Source of the DNA: Terriglobia bacterium
GTDB taxonomy: Bacteria > Acidobacteriota > Terriglobia > 20CM-2-55-15
Length of the DNA: 64,000 nt
Direction of reading: 5' to 3'
NCBI GenBank assembly: GCA_963664115.2
Contig: CAXWPJ010000001.1
Coordinates: 53,844-117,843, forward strand
Shown: positions 50,136 to 59,505 of the stretch, piece by piece
Numbering within the stretch: the first letter of the stretch is position 1
Layout: every line of letters starts with the position of its first letter
The notes under the pieces: generated by a model
The model's database searches: none
What the model saw: only the letters and a program-made list of their open reading frames with translations
What the model was told of the DNA's origin: nothing
Made by a program: the position numbers and the translations under genes

Positions 50136-50700
50136 CGGATAAGCGGTATAAGCAGGGTCCGACGGCTATGGCAGCACTGGCAAGGTCGTCGTATGAGTGT
50201 TATTTCAATCCGCGCGCAGCCACAGGCCGTCGCGCGGCCAAAATGAAGAAGGGGATCAAGGAGAGAAGCGCAAAATAAGCCAGAGCCGCTGCGGAAATGA
50301 AACACTGGGTCTGAACAAAGATGTGGAATGTATCTTCGAGGACACCGTTATTCAGCCTCTGAACTCTTGAATGCATGAATGGGTACTGTGAGCCTAAGGA
50401 GAATCCGTCCGTTTTGAGGACGGACTCCGCTGGCGCCGAGACCAGTCATCAATAACTTAGAGCTGGTAGAGGGCGTCAACAACTCTTCCAACCAGCTTAA
50501 CTTGAAAGGACCGAACCCCTTGCATAAAGCGTTCACGGCCGGGCGTTCACCAAGTCTCGGCGTCAATGGCCCATGACGGATTGACTTTGGTTCGCATCTC
50601 GGTAAAAAGAGGGAAACAGGGAAACGCGTTATTATTGTGATGCCGTGATACTCCCCTTTGACGCGCCTAGGTGGCAACTCATAATCAGCGAGGACAAGAC

Positions 50701-51330
50701 ATGCACGAAGCCAGTAAGGCGATCATGCGCCGAATGCACGACAGCAGGTTCGCGACCAGATATTTTGTCGGTGATGGCATAGACATCGGCGCTGGTCCTG
50801 ACGCTCTAGTCCAATATGAGGAGCAGTTTCCGCTAATGCGCAGTTGCCGCCTGTGGGACATTGAAGAGGGCGACGCGCAACTGCTGGCATTGGTAGCTGA
50901 CAGCTCGTTGGACTTTGTTCACTCCAGTCACTGTTTGGAACATATGCGCCACCCAAGCGAGGCTTTGCTCCACTGGCTGCGCGTGCTCAAACCCGCCGGG
51001 CATGCCGTCATCACCGTTCCCGATGAAGACCTCTACGAACAAGGCGTATTCCCTTCGACGTTCAACACCGACCATAAATGGACTTTCACTATGCACAAGG
51101 CCACCAGCTGGTCTGCCAGGTCTGTCAACCTGATGGACATGCTCACGCAATTCTCCGACATTGCACAAGTCGTCAAGATCGAGCAACTTGACGCCACTTT
51201 CCGCTTTGGACTGCCCCGAATTGACCAGACCCTCACTCCTGTGGCCGAGTGCGCGCTGGAGTTCATTTTGCGCAAGCGTCCGGCCAACGAAATTGCCCGG
51301 AAGGGCCGCTACCCCGAGCTGTCCGCGTGA
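50701..51330 (+). CDS. class I SAM-dependent methyltransferase
   Basis: GIDIGAG, GDA, DFVHSSHCLEH, RVLKPAG, VPD. Confidence 0.85.
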   Translation: MHEASKAIMRRMHDSRFATRYFVGDGIDIGAGPDALVQYEEQFPLMRSCRLWDIEEGDAQLLALVADSSLDFVHSSHCLEHMRHPSEALLHWLRVLKPAGHAVITVPDEDLYEQGVFPSTFNTDHKWTFTMHKATSWSARSVNLMDMLTQFSDIAQVVKIEQLDATFRFGLPRIDQTLTPVAECALEFILRKRPANEIARKGRYPELSA

Positions 51331-51345
51331 CCGGGCAGACTCATC

Positions 51346-52128
51346 ATGAAAAAAACTTGCTTAATTCATCAGCAACAGGGCGTCGGCGACCTCATCTTTA
51401 TTCAGAAGATCGTGAGGCAATATTCTGAAGATGGCTTCAATGTCATCTGCCCGATTCTGAATCAACACAAAGTTATCCGGAACCTTTTCTCAACAGAGAG
51501 CGCCCGCTATCCATTGATTTCGGACAAAAGCGCGCTGCTTGAGTCTTTTGATTTTGCTCAAGAACACGTCTACCTGGTTACCCAGTGCGAAACTCACTTC
51601 GGTGATTCCCTTTTTACGAAGCCGATTGATGCCGGTGATTTCGTTTTTCTGGCTCTGGGCCCGTCCTATAAGAGATTGCCCGCCGATGGACTGATGGAAT
51701 CGAAGTATCGACTCGCCGGTATAGACTCCTCTGGCTGGCAAGATTTCGTGTCCATGAAAAGAAATCAGTCCAAGGAGAATTCCCTGCTCAGGCTCCTGGG
51801 TGTTGATAAGAACTCGAAATATACTTTGATCAACGAGCATTCGAGCAATGGCCGCATCGAAATCCAGGATCCGGGCGACGCCATCTACATGCGGCAAATC
51901 AAGGGATACACGCTATTCGATTGGCTCCCTCTCATAGAGGCTTGCAGCCGGATAATCACTGTCGATACCTCCGTCGTGTTACTCGCTGAAGTGTTCCTTA
52001 ATAAAGACATACCGGCGTACCTTGTTTCGAAATGGCCGAGGGGTGACCCCTCATACATCGACTTCCAACGGAACCTGAAGTTGCCCTGGAAATTTGCTCC
52101 GCACGCGTCCGACTTGAAGATCGATTGA
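51346..52128 (+). CDS. hypothetical protein, glycosyltransferase (GT9)-like
   Basis: N-terminal GVGDLIF and C-terminal ITVDTS...AE resemble heptosyltransferase-fold motifs. Confidence 0.55.
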   Translation: MKKTCLIHQQQGVGDLIFIQKIVRQYSEDGFNVICPILNQHKVIRNLFSTESARYPLISDKSALLESFDFAQEHVYLVTQCETHFGDSLFTKPIDAGDFVFLALGPSYKRLPADGLMESKYRLAGIDSSGWQDFVSMKRNQSKENSLLRLLGVDKNSKYTLINEHSSNGRIEIQDPGDAIYMRQIKGYTLFDWLPLIEACSRIITVDTSVVLLAEVFLNKDIPAYLVSKWPRGDPSYIDFQRNLKLPWKFAPHASDLKID

Positions 52129-52650
52129 AAGACTCCGACGGACTCGGGCGGATAAGTAAAACAAGCAGGGTTTGCAGTGCAATGGATGGCAAGATGCCGG
52201 CAAAACTGTCGCCGTTGGGCTGTTATATTTAGGGCAGAAGGCAGAACGACGGTTGGGCCTTAGTTCGTTGATTGCCGGGGTGGCGTGCGCGCAGGCGGTT
52301 TGCTCTCGACTTGGCCGTATAACGTCAGTTTTGTATCGGAGATGGTCCGGCACCGACAGTGACAAAAAATGATGCCGGGGCATGTCGGATAGAATGGTTT
52401 GAAGTGAGGCGCAGGCGCGGCCGGGAACGAGAAGACCTATGGGTTTTCAATCCATGGATTGGAGGCTGAATCGGGGAGACGCAGTGATGGTGGGGGGTGG
52501 TTGTAGCGGAAAATCACTGTCGATCGCCCGAGTGGGGTGGGTTGGATATAGCGAAAGGGCACTTGAGCACGCGTGTTTTTGGCGTCTGGACACACTTCGG
52601 CGATGCAGTCTGGACGACCGCGTTGGGCTGGAATTGTTGAGTGTCGATGG

Positions 52651-53835
52651 CTACGCACTATCCTGAATTGGAACCTCCTTTGATTCGAGAGCGGCGAGCT
52701 GTGCCGCGGTTAATCGCTCGACCAGACGCATCGGTCCCCGGCAGATCGGACACGGTGCCGGTGGGGTAGCACCCGCCTCGGACTCCGGCTCGGTGATGGA
52801 CTCCTGACCTAAGAGGTGCCGACAGAGTTCCAGCATCGTCTTGCGTTTCCGATTTGCCATCCATCCGTAGTACCGGATGCGGGGAAAGCCTTTCGGTAAG
52901 ACATGCAGGAGGAATCGACGGAGGAACTCTTCGGGTTGGAGTGTCATTGTTCGTGGACGGCCATTGTGGCGATAGTCCTTCCAGCGGAATGTAACGCCGG
53001 ATTGGTTGACATCGAGGATGCGATGATTCGAGATGGCCACCCGATGGGTATAGCGGGCCAGGTACTGAAGGACGTGTTGGGGTCCGCCGAATGGTTCTTT
53101 GGCGTACACCACCCAGTTCCGATCCTTCAGATCGTCGAGGAACCGCTCGAAGGTGGATTCGGTGGCCAGTTCCAGACACTCCCCATGGAAAACGAGCGTC
53201 TTGTTTCCGAAGGCTTCGGCTAAACCGTCGAGAAACTTTTCTCTGAAAACGTAGCTGAGCTTCTGGACCGGGAGGAAGAAGTCGGTCCGGGAGGAGTGGA
53301 TCCACCGGTCGTGATCCGGGGACAGTCCGCCACCGGGAACCACACAGTGGATATGGGGATGGCGTTGCAGGGTTTGTCCCCAGGTATGCAGGATGCTGAG
53401 GAATCCGATCTCGCCGCCCAGATACCTGGGGTTTCGGGCCACTTCGATCAGCGCCGCCGCACTGGTTCGGAACAGAAGCGCATAGAGCACCTTCTTGTTC
53501 TGCCAGATCAATGGGATCAACTGATGGGGCAGGCTGAAGACCAGATGGAAGTATCCGATCGGTAGCAGTTCCTGTTGCCGTTTCTCGACCCAGGTGTTCC
53601 GCGCATTGGTCTGGCACTTCGGGCAGTGGCGGTTCCGGCACGAGTGGTAGACCAGCGTTTGGTGGCCACAGTGGTCGCATCGTTTCCGGTTCCCGCCCAG
53701 TGCGGCGGTCCGGCAATGGGTAATCGCGTTGAGGACCTTGACCTGGGGCCAGGCCAGCGCTTTCAAATACCGTTGTCGGAATCGGTCTCCGACGATGCGA
53801 ATCACGTCAGCCACCTCAAAGGGTGGCCGGCTCAC
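52651..53835 (-). CDS. IS91-family (Y2, HUH) transposase
   Basis: Same protein as 40000-41184. Confidence 0.95.
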   Translation of the reverse strand: MSRPPFEVADVIRIVGDRFRQRYLKALAWPQVKVLNAITHCRTAALGGNRKRCDHCGHQTLVYHSCRNRHCPKCQTNARNTWVEKRQQELLPIGYFHLVFSLPHQLIPLIWQNKKVLYALLFRTSAAALIEVARNPRYLGGEIGFLSILHTWGQTLQRHPHIHCVVPGGGLSPDHDRWIHSSRTDFFLPVQKLSYVFREKFLDGLAEAFGNKTLVFHGECLELATESTFERFLDDLKDRNWVVYAKEPFGGPQHVLQYLARYTHRVAISNHRILDVNQSGVTFRWKDYRHNGRPRTMTLQPEEFLRRFLLHVLPKGFPRIRYYGWMANRKRKTMLELCRHLLGQESITEPESEAGATPPAPCPICRGPMRLVERLTAAQLAALESKEVPIQDSA

Positions 53836-54713
53836 TTCTTTGGATCCTTAACCACAGGTGAAAGCTTCAACTGATCCAGAGGATTGCGCGCGGTTCGAAG
53901 ATGGCGCCGGGACAGTTGCAGGTAGAGCGTGGTATCGCTGAGCCGACTGTGTCCCATCAAGAGCTGGATCGTGCGCAAGTCGGTCCCGGACTCTAGCAGG
54001 TGGGTCGCGAAGCTGTGCCGTAGCGTGTGCGGACCGATCCTCTGGGTCAGACCCGCACGCTGGGCGGCCCCATGAACGGCATGCCAGACCACCTTGTCCG
54101 AGATCGGAGCATCCGTGCCCCGGTGTCCTGCACTGCTGTGAAACAGATAGACCTCGGGCTTTTTCAATAACCAGTACCCCCGTAACGCTTCAAGCAGATT
54201 GCGACTCAACGGGACATCCCGGTCCCGACGCCCTTTCCCGTCGCGGATATGCACCAGCATCCGTTCACTGTCGATGTCGGCCACCTTCAACACGGCGGCT
54301 TCGGCCCGTCGCATCCCGGTCCCGTAGAGCACCATCAGGATGGCCCGGTGCATCGGACTCAATGCGGCTTGGATCAACCGGCGGACTTCAGACGGACCCA
54401 GGATCGTGGGTAGTTTCCGCGCACTCTTGGGCATGGGCAGATCATCCAGTTCCAGATCCGCACGTCGCAGCAGCACCTTCTTGTAAAGGAATCGTATCGC
54501 CGAGGTCCGCATCCCGACCGTACTCGCCGCCAGCTTCTTTTCGGTCAGTAAGTACAGCTGAAAACGCCGTACCTCCTCGGCTCCCATCAAGGCCGGAGAC
54601 TTGCCGAAGTAATTCGCGAATTGTTCGACTGCCAGAATGTAGCCACGACTCGTGGCCGGGGAATAGTTCCGTCGCTGGAGTTCCTCCAGCATCCGTTCTC
54701 GTAGTTGGGTCAT
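53832..54713 (-). CDS. tyrosine recombinase
   Basis: Same protein as 39122-40003. Confidence 0.95.
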   Translation of the reverse strand: MTQLRERMLEELQRRNYSPATSRGYILAVEQFANYFGKSPALMGAEEVRRFQLYLLTEKKLAASTVGMRTSAIRFLYKKVLLRRADLELDDLPMPKSARKLPTILGPSEVRRLIQAALSPMHRAILMVLYGTGMRRAEAAVLKVADIDSERMLVHIRDGKGRRDRDVPLSRNLLEALRGYWLLKKPEVYLFHSSAGHRGTDAPISDKVVWHAVHGAAQRAGLTQRIGPHTLRHSFATHLLESGTDLRTIQLLMGHSRLSDTTLYLQLSRRHLRTARNPLDQLKLSPVVKDPKK

Positions 54714-54822
54714 AAGACACCTCCTTATGACCGCTACTTTATGGGACAGACTCTATCTGCTGTACGCCGACTCCGAGCGCCTGCGGCTTAGTTCAAACCG
54801 GCCATGAGGACAAATGTCGTTC

Positions 54823-54853
54823 TCAAGTCCCGTATCATCTTGTCGGAAGTTGA
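54823..54853. repeat. palindromic dif-like site, copy C (left arm 3 nt short)
   Basis: TCAAGTCCCGT-ATCATC-TTGTCGGAAGTTGA. Confidence 0.7.
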
Positions 54854-54865
54854 GAAATGTCCTAG

Positions 54866-56714
54866 ACCCAAAACAAGCGCATAACCAGTCCGCCGAGGCC
54901 CAGTTCGCGCCGATAGAATTCGAGGCATAGAATCCCGTTCCCGGATGGCCTGTTCCAGGTATCGAGTTTCTGTTGAATCTGTTTCAGTTCAGCCTCGCTG
55001 GTGTTGGACGGTTGACAGAAACCGGGACCTCGATCGCCCGGGCTCAGAGTCATGATCGGGTCAACATCGCAGAGGCTGACGCAACACATCCACCCCGCGG
55101 AACAAGACCGGCAACCACCGGTTCCAGGCCAGGATCCGGAACAGAATGCGCCGCCCGGTGCGCACGAGTTGGCACGGCACAAGCATGAAAGCGTTCAAGA
55201 AGGTTTTGAACTCCATGCGCAGCACGGTTTGCTTCTCAGCCTGATATTTTTGGCCCCAACGTCCGGTTTCGGGAAGCAGCAATGCAAACCACGCTTTCAG
55301 TGTCCAGGCCAGTGACGCGATCACCATGTAGGCCCAGTTGCTGGTCTGATCTCCGACCGGCATCCGCAACGCCTGAACGCCGTTCTTCAACTGCTCAATG
55401 AGATTCTCCTGATTGCACCGTTGATTGGCACGCATCACAATCTGGTCGGCCGGATCCGAACGGTTGGTAATGTAGAAGAAGTACCGGATGTCGTCAAACA
55501 ACACCTGCTCTCCTTTGGCCACCGACAGATTCTTCCGCACCACGACGACACGGTAGTCCCGATCGCAGGCTCCGGGTCGATACCGAAACTCGGCCACATC
55601 CTCACCCTGCAAGCGGATATTGTCGAAACCGCGCTGCCGAACGATCTCTTCCTTCACGTTGTCGGGACGTTGGCGCGGTTCGGTCGCCACGTCGTATTTC
55701 GCGGGCCGTTCCAGGCGCTTCCACTGGCGCGGCTCCAGTTCATCGGCCCGGGCCTTCAGGTTCGCCATCGCGTCAATCCCGAATATGAAACCCACCTGCT
55801 GGTCGTCCCATCCGTCCAGATGCCGGGTCTGGCTGAAGTCCGTGTCCCCGCGCAGCAGGATCTGGCGAAACCCCGCATGCCGGCACAATGCGATGGCTTG
55901 GTCGAACCGGACCGCGGCTCCTTCATGCGACGGCCGGTTGCCGCTACGATTGACCAGATACAGCGGTTCGGCGGTGTTGGCCAGCGAGATCATCAGCGGG
56001 TGATATCCCCACGTCCCGTCGTAGGCCACGTCCATCCCTTGCTTGCATTCCCCCGTGGTTTCGGCCAGTGTCCCGTCCGCGTCCAACACCGCTTCTTCGA
56101 AAAACGCCGCCGGTTGCTGTCGCCAGACTCCGAGCCGGACTTGATTGGTTGCCTCCATCAGACACTCCACGTCGTCGGCCTCGAATCTCCGGCAGAAGTC
56201 TCCCGCCGTCGTCGGATCCGGAATCCGTTGCGCTCCCAGCGCATCCAGATACACCGCATCGTTGCGCCGCAGTTCGATGTCTTCCAGGCACGTTCCTCCG
56301 CTCAAGGCGTTGTAGGCGATGTTCAGCACGTGATCCGACTCGTGATACGGCAGGTGCCGCTTCAACACATGCACGCCCTTGTCGATGGCTTCGATCAGCC
56401 CGGTCCGCCGCGCCACCAGTTGCATCGTCCCGATACCACCAACCGATGTGCCCCGCGTCCGCTCTCCCATCTCGTACTGAATGTTGCTCGCCGAAAACAT
56501 CGGCTCTACCTGATCCGTCCAATGCCGGTCCCCAAGCCGACGTTCGATTCGCCGCTTGCGGTTCCTCATGTTCTTGCGCGTATAATCGTTCATCTGAAAT
56601 GCCTCCTTTTCCGAAGAATCTGTTCAAGGTTTTTTTCGCACGGAGAGGGGGCATTTCGGGTACTTCCGCTCTTATTGCACTATCATTTCCTCGTCAATCA
56701 CGCTTGTTCAGGGC
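54866..56714 (-). mobile_element. IS1380-family insertion sequence
   Basis: Imperfect IRs ACCCAAAACAAGCG / GCCCTGAACAAGCG; CTAG on both sides (54862-54865 and 56715-56718). Confidence 0.85.
55061..56593 (-). CDS. IS1380-family DDE transposase
   Basis: PDPTT.GDF.RRF, LDADGT, GYHPL, LRGDTDF, R.NQEN.IEQLK. Confidence 0.9.
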   Translation of the reverse strand: MNDYTRKNMRNRKRRIERRLGDRHWTDQVEPMFSASNIQYEMGERTRGTSVGGIGTMQLVARRTGLIEAIDKGVHVLKRHLPYHESDHVLNIAYNALSGGTCLEDIELRRNDAVYLDALGAQRIPDPTTAGDFCRRFEADDVECLMEATNQVRLGVWRQQPAAFFEEAVLDADGTLAETTGECKQGMDVAYDGTWGYHPLMISLANTAEPLYLVNRSGNRPSHEGAAVRFDQAIALCRHAGFRQILLRGDTDFSQTRHLDGWDDQQVGFIFGIDAMANLKARADELEPRQWKRLERPAKYDVATEPRQRPDNVKEEIVRQRGFDNIRLQGEDVAEFRYRPGACDRDYRVVVVRKNLSVAKGEQVLFDDIRYFFYITNRSDPADQIVMRANQRCNQENLIEQLKNGVQALRMPVGDQTSNWAYMVIASLAWTLKAWFALLLPETGRWGQKYQAEKQTVLRMEFKTFLNAFMLVPCQLVRTGRRILFRILAWNRWLPVLFRGVDVLRQPLRC

Positions 56715-56823
56715 CTAGATACGGGCGTTGACCTTCTGATGTGAGACTTTTCTTGCGTATAAATCCCATCTGTAGTTAGATTTACCCAACCATTTACGGC
56801 CTGCTTCGACACACACTAAAACG

Positions 56824-57843
56824 ATGTACCGGCGTCAGTTTCTTAAGGCATCAGCGTTGATTGGCGGTGGCCTGATCGTAGGCACTCCGGTATTCAACAC
56901 CAACGCTCAGCAATCCGGTCAAACTGGTACCAGCGAGACACCCATTCGCATCACCCTGGGAGGGTACGGCCCAACAACGTCAAGTTTTAGCCAGGGATTA
57001 AAGCAAATCGGCGATCGCCTCGGCGCCAGATTTGGCGACGATGTCGAGATCGAATATCTCTACAATATTTTAGATCTTGGTTATGAGGCAGCAGGCGATC
57101 TGACCCGGCTAGTTGATAACGGTGTGCTCTCGCTCGCGTACTTAACCATGTCCGACCAGATTCCCGCGTTGGAAGTCGCCGCGCTTCCATTTCTGTTTGC
57201 GAACAGTGCCACAGCAAGGGTTGCGATGGATGGAGCGCTAGGACAGTCAGCAATAAATACTATCGAGGCTGATACGAACTTTCGCGTTTTGGGATTTTTC
57301 GAAAATGGCTTTCGCCATGTATCGAACAGTGTCAGGCCGGTTCACAGCCCGGCCGACTTGAACGGCCTCGCTATTCGCGTTCTTGGTGTGCAAGCCAGAA
57401 CATTTGAGTTGCTTGGGGCCAACCCGAAGGTCACGCCTCTACCAGCCGTATTCGATGGCCTTCAGTCCGGCGAATTGGATGGTCAGGAAAACCCTTTTGA
57501 AAACGTCGTCAGCTACAACCTCTACCACGCGCAGCGTTATTACACTGAGACTTATCATTCGTACTTGTCTCGACCAATTTTCGTTCACCGCCCTTCATTT
57601 GATGTCTGGCCTGCTGCACTGCGAATGGAGATGCGCGCGGCCGTCAAAGAAGCGGTAGCCCTTCAGCGGCAGCTGCATGATCAGGCAGAAATCGATTCTG
57701 CTGAGATTATTCGTGAGGCGGGCGGGGAAATTGTTACGCTCACGCCGCAGCAACGCCAGTCGTTTGTCGATGCCGTTGCGCCTATTTACGCAGACGCTCA
57801 GAATCAATACGATCGCGAACTGCTGAATCTGGTAGGTCTATAA
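56824..57843 (+). CDS. TRAP transporter substrate-binding protein (DctP family), Tat-exported
   Basis: RRQFLK, LPFLF, ENGFRH, DLNGL.IR, LQSGELDGQENP. Confidence 0.9.
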   Translation: MYRRQFLKASALIGGGLIVGTPVFNTNAQQSGQTGTSETPIRITLGGYGPTTSSFSQGLKQIGDRLGARFGDDVEIEYLYNILDLGYEAAGDLTRLVDNGVLSLAYLTMSDQIPALEVAALPFLFANSATARVAMDGALGQSAINTIEADTNFRVLGFFENGFRHVSNSVRPVHSPADLNGLAIRVLGVQARTFELLGANPKVTPLPAVFDGLQSGELDGQENPFENVVSYNLYHAQRYYTETYHSYLSRPIFVHRPSFDVWPAALRMEMRAAVKEAVALQRQLHDQAEIDSAEIIREAGGEIVTLTPQQRQSFVDAVAPIYADAQNQYDRELLNLVGL

Positions 57844-57971
57844 ACACCAATTGTCAGTGACTGATCAGCTTTTATGGTGGGCCCTGTTTGACCTCCGCTT
57901 ACGTCGTTCGAGATTCTGTTTCACTTCTCTGATAGGGCCAGGGTACGACGCCGGATAGAATGGGGCCGTGG

Positions 57972-58940
57972 CTAAGGTGTGGCCCGGGCCAGTTCGGTAT
58001 AGACCATTTCGGTATAGCTCATTCCCCGATAGGGGCGGAAGATCTCGAGACCCGGAATCTCCGGGAGCTGTCGGGCAAACATCTGCCGCAGCGACTGTGC
58101 GGTACCCGGGGGTGGCGGTGGCCCCAGGCTGTCTCCCATCTCGGTTTCCGCCTCGGCCAGGGACCTGCCGGCCTCGAACAGTTGAACGATCCTGGCTCGT
58201 CTCTGGGTCACCTCGGCCAGGTTCTCCTGCAGTTGATCTTTCGTGAAGGGGTCGCCATGTCCGCCAAGGTAAAGATCCGCATCGAGAGCCACGATCTGTT
58301 TCAGACTCTCGATCGCCCCCTCCGTTGAGCCCAGGTCTTCCAAATGAACACCGGCTCCACCGGCGAGATCCCCGATGAGCGCCACATTTTGATCGGGGAG
58401 GAAGGCGACCAGATCGCCATTGGTGTGCGCCGGAGCCCAATGCAGTAAGGTGATGTTCACGCCGTGGAGGTTCAGATCCGCCCGCTTGTCCACGATGTGT
58501 GTGGGTTGAAAATGCACCCGCTCCCCGTCCCGCAGATAATGGAAAATCGATTCGATCTTCGCTGCGCTGTTCTCTTGGCAAATGATGGTCAAGCCCCTGG
58601 GATAAGCGAAGATCCCCTTGATGTGATCCGGATTGGTGTGACTGACTATAAGGTGCGTCACTGGCTTCGGCGTAATCCTGGCGAGTTCCTGTTGTCCGTC
58701 CCTGACCGCACTGGCGAGTTCGAAAACGTCGAAGGCGATGACGCCATCGTCCCCAATTATGTAGGCCGTGTTGGCGCCCACCGCACCTCCCTGGGCCCAA
58801 TACACATTTCCCCGCAAGAGCTTCAGATCCGGGGGCGCTGCGACTTGCCGCTGTGCGTTCGCTACCGTGATCCATCCGGTCAAGGTAACGATGGCCGCAA
58901 AAGCCAAAGCAAACGTCTTCTTATATTTCATCGGAAACAT
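57972..58940 (-). CDS. exported MBL-fold metallo-hydrolase (cyclase-like)
   Basis: SHTNPDH, AHTNGD, GDL, GGHG; signal peptide. Confidence 0.8.
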   Translation of the reverse strand: MFPMKYKKTFALAFAAIVTLTGWITVANAQRQVAAPPDLKLLRGNVYWAQGGAVGANTAYIIGDDGVIAFDVFELASAVRDGQQELARITPKPVTHLIVSHTNPDHIKGIFAYPRGLTIICQENSAAKIESIFHYLRDGERVHFQPTHIVDKRADLNLHGVNITLLHWAPAHTNGDLVAFLPDQNVALIGDLAGGAGVHLEDLGSTEGAIESLKQIVALDADLYLGGHGDPFTKDQLQENLAEVTQRRARIVQLFEAGRSLAEAETEMGDSLGPPPPPGTAQSLRQMFARQLPEIPGLEIFRPYRGMSYTEMVYTELARATP

Positions 58941-59505
58941 TCTAATCCCTCCGTCTTCTCGAATTGCGATTGGGGGAATCGCGTCTGAAGCATAGGCTGC
59001 ACCACTAAGCGGTCAATGTTTATCCGGCTTAAGGGAAGCCCTGAAACCCAAGGTATCTCTGCCCCATTCTAACGCGCTGTGCGCCCTCCGGCATCCTTTT
59101 GCGGCGACGGCCAACTTGAGCCGAGCCGGCGGAGGGAACCGGATGCAGCCAGACCCGCCATTCTGATTCGAGCACGCACATCAGCTTTGCTGAAGACAAT
59201 TGTCGGAGAACCGAGACAAGAGATTTGAGCCTGCTTGACAGAAGGAGTCCAGATGCGGAAGTTGCGCATTGGGGGGAATGCTGGCCTTGACCTTCTGATT
59301 GCGTACAAACCGTAGCTCTAGTATCGTTTAGCGAGTTTCAACAAGTCTGTTTAGGACACACCCTGAAGAATGTCGGGGCCGTCACTATCGTGGGCCGATT
59401 TTGGGTGAGGGCCGAGGCTGGATGCAGCTTGAATGGGCGAGTGCCCCGATCGGCTGACCCAGATCAATCAGTTGATTTCAGAAAACAAGAACACTTCAAG
59501 AAAGG

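Larger units (their letters stand above)
52316..54794 (-). mobile_element. IS91-like element with tyrosine recombinase, copy 2 (inverted, 2479 bp)
   Basis: Reverse complement of 39041-41519; identical ORF translations. Confidence 0.9.

Noticed and set aside
55421-56731. 436-aa antisense ORF over the IS1380 transposase, and similar long shadow ORFs (19993-21249, 43417-44820, 44075-45229, 36400-37509)
   Set aside because: They overlap well-supported genes; such shadow ORFs are typical of high-GC codon bias.
59030-59365. Possible IS5-like terminal scars (GGGAAGCCCTGAA, GTTTAGGACACACCCT)
   Set aside because: Short resemblance only; no paired IR or transposase fragment recognised.
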